From Nemertoderma westbladi (lineage: Eukaryota > Animalia > Xenacoelomorpha), in the NCBI GenBank assembly GCA_032718475.1, contig JAUCBJ010007204.1, positions 1 to 64,000 of the forward strand: a stretch of DNA of 64,000 bases, in the 5' to 3' direction. Positions 23,801-34,319 of this stretch are shown here, in pieces. The notes beneath the pieces were generated by a model that had not been told where the DNA came from, made no database searches, and saw only the letters and a list, made by a program, of their open reading frames with translations. The position numbers were made by a program, and so were the translations under genes. Within the stretch, counting starts at the first letter, position 1. Each line of letters starts with the position of its first letter.

Positions 23801-25137
23801 TCCGACGGTTTTTAACCCCGTTTCGCAATGTGGATAGCCAATTCAAAGACCGCGCTTTGACCAAGCTCAGCTTAAGAGACTCGGCTGCGGAGAAGTTAGA
23901 TAGTGCTGGATTTGCTATTTTCAAAGACGTTTGTATAATAAACCTGCACTCCTCGGTTATCCAAAGACCTCGGATCCCCACAGGTTATTCTGTCGTGGAA
24001 ATTCAGACGGTAGGTCCACTTGAAGAAACGGCCATACCTACCTCAACTATACAAGGGGAAGACGAACCCATATGTTTAGAATCTGAAGAGATTCAGCCCC
24101 CCACGTCTCGGAGTAGCGATAGCGACTACATATTGGAATGGTATCAAGGTCCACAGTGTCTCACTGCGTATGATTATCGCCATGCCAATTATGTTTCTCG
24201 ACAACGCTGTCGGCTGTGCGCATCGAGAGACCATATTACGTCTATGGACACCAACGATCTCTGTTCCTATTTCCACGAGCAACCGTCGATGGAAATCTAT
24301 TGTGCATATTGTCGGCTTAATAATTTGCATATTTTTGCTGTCTGTCCCCAATTTATGACTCAATGCCATCATTGTCAATTAAAAGGACACGCCAGCTTTG
24401 ATTGTCCCTTTAATCATGATTTAGAGAGCGTAGATGAAATGATTGTACTACATTATATCAGAGCTTGGGAAGCGAACGCTGATTTACATTGTGATTCACG
24501 CCATCGCTATTACCCTGGACGCGCTTACGAAGGAGTTTATGCGTTCCATCCTTATTTGTTTGCCTCCGTCGAGCAGAAATCACGCCTATCAAGTTATGAA
24601 CTATTGAAACGCGTTGGAGAATGTATTTCAACTAAATATGTACGCAAATTTCTCAGGAGCATTAATCCGAGTGACATCAATTCTTACAACTTAATAAACT
24701 TTATCCGTCAAGATCCGGCCTATGGAGACTTGTTTGTCAACTCACACCCCGAGTTACAGGAAGTGTATCGACGGCCTTACGAGTATCGAGCCCGCGAACG
24801 CGAGTTGGAAAGAACCATTAAACCAAGGAAGTTTCTAACTGCCTATGGTCCACCCACGGCCCTCGTTCAGACCACTCATAAAGGACCCGTAAGAGAGGCT
24901 GTCTTGAAACGAGCTCTTAAAGCCGTTAGACCCCTCTCCCCGGACGTTGATGTCAATCAACCCGGTACGTCGACCGGCGGATATACCGATCGTAATCCCA
25001 TACCTTCTGATGCAATCATATTGCACCCTTCACCCAGGAGTTATAGCCCTCCTTGTAAAGTGGCTCGCCCCAAAGAGAAAAGGACTCTTGCTAGCCTTAA
25101 AAAACTGCGTAAACGCCGTCCGCGCAAGAAAGACTAA
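20884..25137 (+). CDS. Element-borne 1417-aa ORF2: DEDDy 3'-5' exonuclease-like domain, CCHC zinc knuckles, basic C-terminus
   Basis: Uninterrupted ORF inside the LTRs. Motifs: ExoI VVTYDNEG (D718/E720), LPQPVLEMLFNERIIKIG, ExoII ..YGDL (D819), FVDTQLIA, SIGHLAFQEYG, and ExoIII-like PL...YTIFE (Y927/E931). Zinc knuckles: CRLCASRDH, CAYCRLNNLHIFAVC, CHHCQLKGHASFDC. It ends KKLRKRRPRKKD. Confidence 0.8.
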   Translation: MTELIEDDLGIRERYTLPLQAFVDSLIRGEADPTITEDDGRYIEPPMSQEQLTRELDYRKFTARYTNRNGTYMDFLTTGHPTDLHDTEDVDTEREMVLFKYHAQRNRNDKPRIEHENSIRNLLDRENVEEPDKRLNFNDYLEFLRETYLNIASQQNLETRYPQGIHHDPMVELKRLYFTMMYLTADRPLPVVPDSFEQMEEYCKTGERSPAFPLQDVRLWYYCDSCPRPNQQTERHKHPRRRCAKHSFTRYTYGSFERNLFDVSPTIARLKRSLNKPMIRVPEYSVRPPHFPVRPQTLDPNSITDPPELYSLFKDLVLPEQLIGGVPAVGSLDIRPSYLTALGRGHLTSPFNPYNRPGLTPIQPATEVEESVIRNALDAIRQKIGKGTQDFLEKRKLQQQVQSVKELALPQFDREIQNLEEDIELGRTYSLQEFLEERLQKQAEENQLEEKHTEMDEREEAALAQPEAQILITDLYSKTVRHPSMVPHFGDKLFAKIQPQPVDISIRSQNLIADAPMLQRPPIEAARVDGILVEPPDNRADLVRRMVHDVNIRARPLQNSFYGIKDHPYYVNLTQYYMVKPEDPTHNLKFLPLINPLDIVELEQLQKHLDQLVKVNSFRKPYNVSRIEKDTEPPYNLDGFIKTRLVHWNLDVLFEEEKIQRYGNVETYTTRYLKYSDLPDANQCATLWHPVGMTLENATKEWNETLNIIEMYGVVTYDNEGSVPTGELGTTRMIHIRGLAGSTHVFTRACSDVIDYSFETLTETQKNLRHGQFELAQRYVIDTERKPAMGIDGSMLPQPVLEMLFNERIIKIGSAVYGDLQNDFRNMENIPYPFVDTQLIAPWAEGRGFFRTMYANASSDITKVQRTSIGHLAFQEYGWNFKVGNPINYQQVYGDHYSRLYFDGPLTAPGAVYSFMSVPLRPSLAIYTIFENTALSGWLADVCSRTIRAHPLILGTKLAKLDEHNKFIRFECFRRFLTPFRNVDSQFKDRALTKLSLRDSAAEKLDSAGFAIFKDVCIINLHSSVIQRPRIPTGYSVVEIQTVGPLEETAIPTSTIQGEDEPICLESEEIQPPTSRSSDSDYILEWYQGPQCLTAYDYRHANYVSRQRCRLCASRDHITSMDTNDLCSYFHEQPSMEIYCAYCRLNNLHIFAVCPQFMTQCHHCQLKGHASFDCPFNHDLESVDEMIVLHYIRAWEANADLHCDSRHRYYPGRAYEGVYAFHPYLFASVEQKSRLSSYELLKRVGECISTKYVRKFLRSINPSDINSYNLINFIRQDPAYGDLFVNSHPELQEVYRRPYEYRARERELERTIKPRKFLTAYGPPTALVQTTHKGPVREAVLKRALKAVRPLSPDVDVNQPGTSTGGYTDRNPIPSDAIILHPSPRSYSPPCKVARPKEKRTLASLKKLRKRRPRKKD

Positions 25138-25207
25138 CTGTTTAGAGTATTTTTATATTTTAGAAACTGTGATTTTGTATATTTTATAGACTTAAATCCT
25201 ATTTTCT

Positions 25208-25215
25208 GGGAGCGG
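25208..25215 (+). promoter_or_regulatory. Short polypurine-tract-like sequence
   Basis: GGGAGCGG immediately precedes the 3' LTR; it is short and imperfect. Confidence 0.5.
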
Positions 25216-26413
25216 TGTAAAAGCTTTTGTGGGATAACTGATTCGTTTGCCTTGCTGGCCAGTTCCCCCCCGGTCGCTAGAATACTCTAAAAGGGATCTA
25301 TAGGTAAAATAGTGCAAGCTACCAGCTTATTGGCTGATGGGCTGTACGAAGGTATCTGGGTTCTGTTCGATCGGCCAACCAGCTTAGGGAGGTTGCCTTA
25401 GCCCTGCTGTCCGTATCGGCCAATAGAATTTGAGTGGGCGTTGATTTTGACCTATCCCAGAGCTACTGAACTGAATTTCCTATCTGTATGCTCATCCTCT
25501 GTGTTGGACGGGAGCTTCGGGGAATAAGGGTAGTTGGTATCCTCGTATAGTTATTCTAGTCATATGATTCTTCATATGATTCTGTTGTTGTGTTCCCATT
25601 TTCCGCCATAACACCAGCTTTTGGGAAGAACTCCAGTAAAACTGCTTAAATTATCGAAAGTATAACTGTTACCTTACTTACCTTACCTAACTCACTTAAT
25701 TTAACTGCACTAATCATATTGTTTGTACTGTTATTTACCGTCAGTTATTAATTGTATATATTTGTTGATGAATTATTGCCCTTTGGAGAATACGGATAAA
25801 TCACCCAAAATTCCCAATTTTCTTGATACACTACAGGTTAGAGAGACAGGCTATACATAACAATTGCGATTTATATCAATGTGGTGTGTATTGAATCTAA
25901 TGTTATTTAGCAGACCCTACATGAGTCAATTGCTGCTCTCTTTATGTGTGATCAAGTTTACTGACGGTCGGCAGAGTAGTGTGCATGATTGTGAGTGTGA
26001 CTGGTAACAAAGCATTTCCTAAAGAATGCGCCTTATACTTTAATCATAAGCAGTATCGTTGCGTTTAGTATAAGTCCTAGTTCTGTTTAAATAGATAGAG
26101 CGCCACGTCCTAAAGGAACTGTTAATATTTCCCGAAAGCCAATAATATCTGTCAGAAATTAATTATTAAAGATCTATCGAATAATACAGTAGGTTTACAC
26201 TGCAACCTTACACTGCAATAATAAAATTTAAGCATCCGAATTCAGCCTCCCGGGTGTAGATCCATCGGGTGAATGATCGCGCATGGGCTGACTTCGGCTA
26301 ATGTTTTGTTTATTAGCATAAAAGATTGTCGTATGCTAAAGGTGTTTTAATTAACTAAAAGACATATAAATTTTGGCAGGTTAAACTGCTAAAGGTCTTC
26401 AAAAGCGCGAACA
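25216..26413 (+). repeat. 3' LTR of element A (1198 bp)
   Basis: Direct repeat of 11093-12292, followed by the TSD ATGTG. Confidence 0.95.
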
Positions 26414-27029
26414 ATGTGTTGTTTTGCCTCTTTGGAAAATAACGAAAAAAACAGTTTTTTTCATTAACAAAATTTATTCTGAATGCTAGCCACTATTAGA
26501 AAATGTATCATTGTATCTTCCCAGACCTCTGTCGAAAAAATTAGGAGACGGGATCCATATAGAGGGAAATGAGAAGGTTTTTTGCATTTTTCTCGAAACC
26601 ACATTTGTTGGTGAGTGTTGTTCTGGCTCTTTGGTCACGATATGAACAACGCAAGAATGCTCGCGAACGCTACCAACGGCGCATTGGTCGTTCCACCGAG
26701 GGGACACTGTCTGCTGTGCAATCGTCCTCTGCACTCCCTACCTTTTCCGGAGGTAGAAAGGTGCAGAGCCAAGGAGTGAGTGCTACGGTTTCTGTATCCG
26801 ATCCATCGATAGCCACTGCTGCGAACTATCTACATAATGTTAGTAGTGTCTCCACTGATGATGAAGTTTCTCTTTCTAGTCCCCAAAACCTAGGAATGAG
26901 AAATGCGACGACCAATATCCAGGAATCTGGTGATGTAGTTAGTGAGTTTTGTGTCGATCCGGTTGGTTCAGTCTTCACAGTCAGGTTGACTACGTCATCA
27001 ATCGGGTGATTGCCTAGGTAGTAGGCCTA

Positions 27030-27860
27030 CTGGTAACTTTACTGTTTTAAACATAAATGCCCAGTGTATTAGAAACAAACTTAATGAGTTGCGTGTTAGG
27101 GTTGCATTAATAAAACCTGATATAATTGCAGTGACTGAAACCTGGTTAGATAATACAATTCATAATGAAGCCCTTTCTATATTGAATTATGACTTATATA
27201 GATGTGATAGAGATACCGATGGTGGTGGTGCTGCACTTTATATACGACAGTCTAATATGTTTTCAGTTGAAATAGTTAACCCAGGCAATATCTGTTTTGA
27301 TGAGTTTATCTGTTTACGTATAAATCAGAATAATGGTCGTAATTTTACAGTTTGCTGTATTTACCGCTCTACAGCATCTTCGCATGCTAATGACACAGCT
27401 TTGCATGTTTTAATTGACAAGTTACTTGTTAATTGTGGTTGTGAAATTTTGTTTACCGGTGATTTTAATTTCCCTCATATAGATTGGGAAAATTTGTGTA
27501 CATTACCTAGGGCAAGGCAATTTGAGCGCGATTTTCTCGAATTTGTTCTTGATAATAATCTTTCTCAACACGTTTTTGAAAACACGAGACTGGATAGAAA
27601 CCATATTTTGAGTTCTAGATTAGACTTATTTTTTACTAAATCCATTTATTCAATTTCTGATGTACGTGTACTCTGTCCTCTTGGGAAGTCTGACCATAGT
27701 GTGGTGCATGCGGTCTTGAATGTACACCGGGATATTAGTGAACCTACTCGGACGTACTTAAGATATGACAAGGGTGATTACGACAACTGGCGAACATCCC
27801 TCCGTGACATTGACTGGGATGACTGTCTGGAAGGCAAGGACGCTGACCAGGCATGGACTG
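27030..27860 (+). pseudogene. CR1-type LINE ORF2 endonuclease fragment, cut by element B
   Basis: Motifs NINAQCIRNK, PDIIAVTETWL, RCDR...GGGAALYI, IYRS, GDFNFPHIDW, LDLFFT, SDH and YDKGDY...L..IDW. The frame is broken exactly at the TGTAA start of the next LTR. Confidence 0.85.
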
Positions 27861-29057
27861 TGTAATGGCTTTTGCGGATCTAACTAGTTATTTTCCCCGC
27901 AAAGTACTCTGTAGGTGTTTTAACGGACATAAAAAGCCGTTTCCTTACTGTACCGGTGTTTTAGTGGACATAAAAGCCATTTCTTCTATATGTGTACTTT
28001 AGCGGACATAACTACTGTGTACTTTAGCGGACATAACTAGCGATCTTATGTCGCAATAGCCAAAATCCTCTTGACACAGTGTAGTTACTATGACGACGGC
28101 TAACAGCTGATCTGTACACGTGGAGGTTTTCCTTTGTTCTCTGTCGTTTCTTTGTTCGGTCGACCAATCAGAGCGTTTTTTTTGACTCTGTGTTGGAGGT
28201 TGTATACAGAAACTCAGGAATTGAGTCAGTATGTGCATTTGGTCCTGGGCCCAGAAGACCGGCTTTGGAATCTCTGTGTTTTCAGTCTTTAGCCCAACAT
28301 TAGTAGGCTTAATTATAGAACGTATATCTGTTATCTTACAAACCACAAACCAATTCATATCTACAAACACCGCATTTTACTGCTATTTACTGTCGGTCAT
28401 TAATTATATCAGTTGTTTGATGGAATATTATTATATTGGATAATATCGATAAATTAATCATAAAACCCTCAATCTTCTTGATATACTGAAGGTAAGAGAG
28501 ACCGGTTACATATAACGATTGCGACTTACATTAAAGTGGTTTTGAAGTGAATCTAATGCTATTTCATAGGCACTACATGTATTGGTTGTTGTTCTCTTTA
28601 TATGTGACTAAAATTAGTGAAGGTCGGCAGATCGGTGTGCAGCATTGTGCAGTATTCTGTATGATTGTGACTGATAACAAAGCATCTCCTAAAGAATGCG
28701 CCATATACGTGAATCCATAGCCATCCCGTTGTGTCTAGTTAAAGTCATAACTCTGTTTATATATTTAGAGCGCCACGTCCTAAAGGAACTGTTAATATTT
28801 CCCGAAAGTTAATAATATTTGTCAGAGATTATATATTACGATCAGTCGAATAATACAGTAGAGTAGGCCTACACCGCAATAAGGTTAGGCTTCCGAATCC
28901 AGTCTCCCGGGTATATCCAAGGGGTGAATGGTCGCGCATAGACTGGCTTCGGCTAATGTAGTGTATCAAATACTCGTCATAGGCTAAAGTCGATTTATTA
29001 TCTAGAAGACATCCAAATTTGGCAGGTTAAACTGCTAAAGGTCTAAAAGCGCAAACA
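27861..29057 (+). repeat. 5' LTR of element B (~1197 bp)
   Basis: TGTAATGGCTTTTG...GCGCAAACA. The 3' two-thirds align with the element A LTR; the 5' part is diverged and has short (TTTAGCGGACATAA)-like repeats. Confidence 0.85.
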
Positions 29058-32000
29058 ATAACAGATATAGCTTCTGTATTGCAGTAGGCAATAAAGCTGA
29101 AGTACCGGTCAACCGGTACCTAGTAGGCCTGACTACCTAACCACCCGGACTGGTACCTACAGCAGTACAGGTACCGTACAGCAGTATTATTTCGATTGTG
29201 ATATATTGTATATTGTAGGCTGTTAGGGGATTAGGGATTGATCACCCCTTATTCCTTTGTATGGTTTACTTATTTCTGTCAGTTTTATTTATTTGTAGGC
29301 CAATATTGAGCAGAAGGCGTGTAAGCCTGCTCAGATTGTACAGATAATTTGTAGGCTGGACTGTTGTCTGACTGTCGTTAAGTCTGAAGGGACTGTAGTG
29401 TGTGTAGAGCGTATGTCCGAAAAAGTACTAGTTAGGAAAGTAGGGGCTTCCAGTGCTGTGAGGTAAACCCCCTCGAAAGAATAAGTCGTACTACTCGGTT
29501 AGAACGCATACTAACTAACCATTTCGGAGTCTGCATATACTGTAGTTTATTTAGGCTTGATAGTAGTCTGTCAGCGTTTGGTCTGTATTTTGTTTGAGTA
29601 GTCTGTACGCGTAGCGTAATATTTATTATTCAGAGTTTATGCGATTATTCGCAACATTCATATCCCCAAGTTAATTCCTACAGTAATTGTGCTTGTTATA
29701 TATACCGTTATAGTTAAACTAACCCCGGTACTACATCAGGGCTGCTTGGCGTAGGTAAAGACTGGTGATTTTGTGCCCCGGTCACTCCAGCAGATACCGT
29801 GGTTCTTTTAGCTATTCAAGTATTTTTAACTACTGATTATTGGTTGTATAAGTACTTGTACCTAATTTAGGGTTTAGTGTACAGTGCTTTCCGAAGGTAA
29901 TTAGTGTGTAGGCAGTGTATTTGTGTTGTAAAGTGGTTAATAGGCACGTTGGTTCTCGTAGACCGCGGTAATTAACTTCTAGGTAGGAACACTCCGTGAT
30001 ACATAACGTAGTACTTATAGCGATACGGCTATAAGTCGTCAGACGGTGGTATTTTTCCTATCTGGAAATATATTTATAAAATAGTAGGCCTGTCTTACAA
30101 CAATTAGGTCTCAATATCAGTTGGACTACTGCTCAAATAACAGTAATAAAGTAAGTAAAGTAACCAAGTAACCCCTAAAAATTCAGAAATTCAATTATTT
30201 AAAATAATTGACATACCGGTATTTACAATAGGCTTATTATATTTATTTCTATAAATTTAGGCTGAAATCATACCGGTATTCTGTAATTAATTCTAGTCTG
30301 TAATTATACTTATATATATACTATAAGTAAGCTGTATACCGATATTCACGATAGGCCTATTATATATTTATAAATTTAGGCTGAAATTATACCGGTATTC
30401 TGTAATTAATTCTAGTTCATAATTATACTTATATATACTATAAGTGTAAGCTGTATACCGGTATTCACAATAGGCCTATTATATATTTATATATATTTGT
30501 GCTGAAATTACATACCAGTATTCTGTGACAAACCTAGTCTGTAATAATACTTATATATATATACTATAGGTGTATACCGGTATTCTAATATATTATATAT
30601 ATATATCACGCTACACTGAGTAGCAGTATCGGTAATTAATTACTAGGCTAACAGTTGATACTGAATTACTAGACTTGCTTTAACTGTAATATAGCAGTAG
30701 GCATTCACCTGTACAAACAAACATGTCTGACACAAAGCAAAACCTGTCAGACAGTCTCCTAGATACAACCATCTGTGACCCAGACAAGAGTGTGGAACGT
30801 GTGAGACCGAAGTTCAACTCACCTCCTACTGTAAGAAAGATCATCCCTCCAGTAGTAGTATCAGACCCTAGGCTAGTCCAACACCGTAGGTCTATCATAG
30901 GCACTCGAGCTCAGGTCAAGCGGGACCAAGAAGCAGCGGAACAGCGGCAACACTCGAGCCGAGAACTTATTTCTCAGCGGCCCGACAGCTCCAGTAGTGA
31001 GGATACTGTAGAGCTGACACCCGAGCACGGAGCAAAGATGACAGATGCGGTTTATTCGGATCCCCTTCTCATCCTTCCTGCAGCCGTACTCACTAGGGTA
31101 TTGATTGCGGTGGAGGAACACCAGATTGATTGGGCGAGAAGTAAGCGATCGACTAAGGATAGTTATGCGGGATACACAAGGGAAGAACTGAAGTCTATTG
31201 TCGAGTCGCAATGGAACTTCCCCGGACCCGGACTCCCGTTTGACTTATCGGAAGCTGCCTGGGAAGACATACACAGGATGGGAGTGACAAAGGAAACCAG
31301 CGATCCAGCTGTGTGGAAGAGGTCAGCAGCCGGATACGTACAGGGATTCTTCAGCTCCATGGAGCGATTAGAGGAACAATTGTTTAGACAACCACAAGGA
31401 CCTCAAGAGCAGGGAGAGCTGCTTTATCAAGTTCGAGAAAGAATTCTAAGAATCAGACTAATCCTATCGGCCTTTGAGGAGGCTTCGAAAAGAAGACAAG
31501 ACACGTCGTTGCAAGTTGCCGTAAAGACTTGGTTACAGCGGGTGAGTCTCCAAGTTCAAAGAACTGCCCCGTGGAAATCTCAGCTGGCTGAGCGCTCAAC
31601 CCTTGGAGAATCAACAGACGCTACCTTTTCACAAGTGGAAAGCGAAGCGACAGCAGAGAAACCGCATAAGAGGGATGTTATTGACATCTATCTGTCAGAC
31701 TATCAACGCTTTGTAGGTGATGAAGAGTTGAGGAGAAGGCTAGATGGACTTAGCCCTAATAGTGAAGGAGCCAAGCTTGTGTTGGACGCTATCGATGCGG
31801 ATATGAGAGCTGCGAACCAAGCTAAATTTGATGAACGCCTCCGTATCGCTAGAGTCCAAGAAGAACAAGTAAAGAAAAAACGTATAGAAGACAGAAAGAC
31901 AGCGGCAGTGGCAGCAGCAGTGGCAGCGGCAGAAGCAGAAAGAAAGGCGGCAGAGGTAGAAGCCGAAAGAAAGGCGGCAGAGATAGAAACAGAAAGAAAG

Positions 32001-34319
32001 GCAGCAGAGGTAGAAGCCGAAAGAAAGGCGGCAGAGATAGAAGCAGAAAGAAAAGCGGCAGTGGCAGCGGCAGAAGCAGAAAGGAGAGCGTCTGAAGAGA
32101 TCGCCCAACTAGATTTGGAAAATATTCAAGAGAATCAAGACTGCATAAATAAACAGTTAACAGCTAGTCAAATGCAGATGATGAGTCGATCTACTCCCAA
32201 AAGACAGGGATATACATCATCTGAGGAAGGCGATACAACCGATACTGAAGGCGGAGGAAATAGATCTCGTCTAAGCAGACGTAGAAGAATATCCCACCGT
32301 CAGAAATTGCCTGATTTGTCCCCAGCTGTTAGAAGGCAACTAACTAACACCAACTTAGGTAGTACAGAACCCACAGACCAAATAATTAAAATAGAAAAAC
32401 TCCCTACTATAGTAGATGAGCCTGAAATAATTAGGCCTGTTCTCAAAGCCACCCCTTCGGTGATAGAGACACCTGTACTCCCTGAACCTACCTCTAAATT
32501 CCCTCTGCACAGCACTAAGCTACCTGTGCCCCACAGAACCACCCTTGAAAATGTTCATGTCCTGGACTCCGAGCGAAATATTAATGATTTGTCGCCCGTT
32601 GTCCCTCGTCCGCCCGCTACAACGTTGGCGCCTCCCGCTTCGGCGGTCGAGTGGGTAGATGAGGGACGACGGGAGATGGGTCTCCTGCTCGGGCAGCTGA
32701 GGGAACACCGTTCCCGCTCCTCTCAGCAAGTCCAGGAGATGGAGGGGATTGTGCAGCAGTTAAAGGGAACAATTAGAGAGAGTAGGTTAGAGTTGCAAGA
32801 AGTGCAGCAAAGTATCACGTTAGAACGCGATAAATTAGTAAATACACAAAAGGGTATACCACCACCCCCTGTAACAATATGTCAACCTGTTAGGTCTGAA
32901 GTATTTCATGCGCAAGGTGTGGAGCCTACACGCATCTATACTGCTAGCGAAGTGGAAACTCCTATAGTAAACCCTATTAAGGGTAATTATAAACCTGTTG
33001 ACAATGATATCCCATATAGACTTGATAATAATCCGAGAAATTTATATACCGATAACTCGATATTAAATAACACGATGCCCCAAGAAAGTTTTACGCGTCA
33101 AATGGCTAGAACCGAAGCCCGTCAAGCGGTAAAGGTAGGAGAGATCGTTAAGTTCAATGGAGATGAGATGAAATGGTTACCTTTTAATGAATATTACAAA
33201 GATAACATACAGAACTCTGTGCTATCAAACGGAGAGAAACTTAGATTCCTCATCGAGTGCTTGGAAGGATCTCCCAAGTTAATGGCGTTAAAGTTTATTG
33301 GACATCCCGATGGATTAAGACAAGTTTGGGATACCCTAAACATCAGGTATGGTAATAGGAATAACATAGCTAGGTATTTGTATGCAAAATTGGTAGCGCC
33401 CCGAAAATTCATTAGCAGCGGGATTATAGAGTTTTCTGATGAGATTCAGGAGATCTGTAGACAATTAGATTGGCTAGGTAAGTCTCATGAATATCAGAGT
33501 TCTATGGTTATTGGAGCTGTGGCCTCTACTTTACCGAAGGGTGGAGTAGGTACACGCTGGGATAAGAAAGTGTTATATATGATGGAACAGCAACGACGAG
33601 ACCCTACCATGGCTGATCTCATGTCATTCTTGGATGGAGAAGTGAAATTACAACTCCTAAAGCAGTCCAGAGAGAAGACACCGGAAAACAAGGTAAGTGA
33701 GAAACCCGTTTCTAGGAGAAAGGTAACCCCAGTGTGTTATACCGACGACGGCGAAAGCCAGGCTTCTCAAGGAGAGGACAGCGGGAAAGACACTGAAAGA
33801 TCTTATGTCAACAAAACGCCTAAAGATGTAAGTAAATTCAGGTCTCGAACCAATGACAGGAGAGAACAGGTAAGAAAAACCCCTCCTACGTCTCCTAAGA
33901 GAATTCAAGTAAGAAAGCCCGAAGAAAGAACGAGTGTGCACAACGTTACTCAAAATAAGGTAAGTAACATCAAACCGAAATGTGCGCTGTGTGACGGGCC
34001 CCACCGTTTGAATGTGTGTGATGAATTCCTAAAGAAATCATTAACAGATAGACGGGAAGTCATATGGGATAAGCGGTTGTGTTATAATTGCCTCAGACAA
34101 GGACACCAACGGCGAACCTGTTACTCCGACGCAAGGTGTGCAAAGTGCGGTGCGAAACATCATATCTTGTTGCACACTGAATTCGAGCGAAACAGCCCGA
34201 GTCAGGTAAGTGAGTCCGAACTACATGTCCAATTCAGTGATGTGAATGACACTGACCAAAGTTCTGAGATGGAAGGATTCTATACGGACGAATTCTCCGA
34301 CGAAGACGAATCCTGTTAC
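27861..34319 (+). mobile_element. Second, diverged member of the same LTR family (element B), 3'-truncated
   Basis: LTR, leader and gag are collinear with element A. Similarity stops abruptly after GAATCCTGTTA (~34319); no 3' LTR or ORF2 is in the window. Confidence 0.9.

Larger units (their letters stand above)
11093..26413 (+). mobile_element. Complete non-autonomous BEL/Pao-derived LTR retroelement (element A) with Gag-PR ORF and large accessory ORF2
   Basis: Two TG...CA LTRs of ~1.2 kb and an ATGTG TSD at 11088-11092 and 26414-26418. BEL/Pao-type Gag zinc fingers and protease are present; no RT or integrase catalytic domain is recognisable. Confidence 0.92.
10751..26643. mobile_element. 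Small non-autonomous TIR element (~570 bp) split by the LTR element insertion
   Basis: The left end ATATCGTGACCATAGAGCCAGAACAACAC (10751) is the inverse of GTGTTGTTCTGGCTCTTTGGTCACGATAT (ends 26643). GAAC flanks both sides (10747-10750, 26644-26647), a possible 4-bp TSD. Confidence 0.7.

Noticed and set aside
20884-25137. ORF2 as an envelope gene or a hidden RT/integrase
   Set aside because: I see no signal peptide, transmembrane segment, YxDD in RT context, or HHCC/DDE pattern; the exonuclease and knuckle motifs fit better.
26569-27009. 146-aa ORF between elements A and B
   Set aside because: It starts inside the TIR element arm and is low-complexity. It may be the tail of a LINE ORF1, but this is unsupported.
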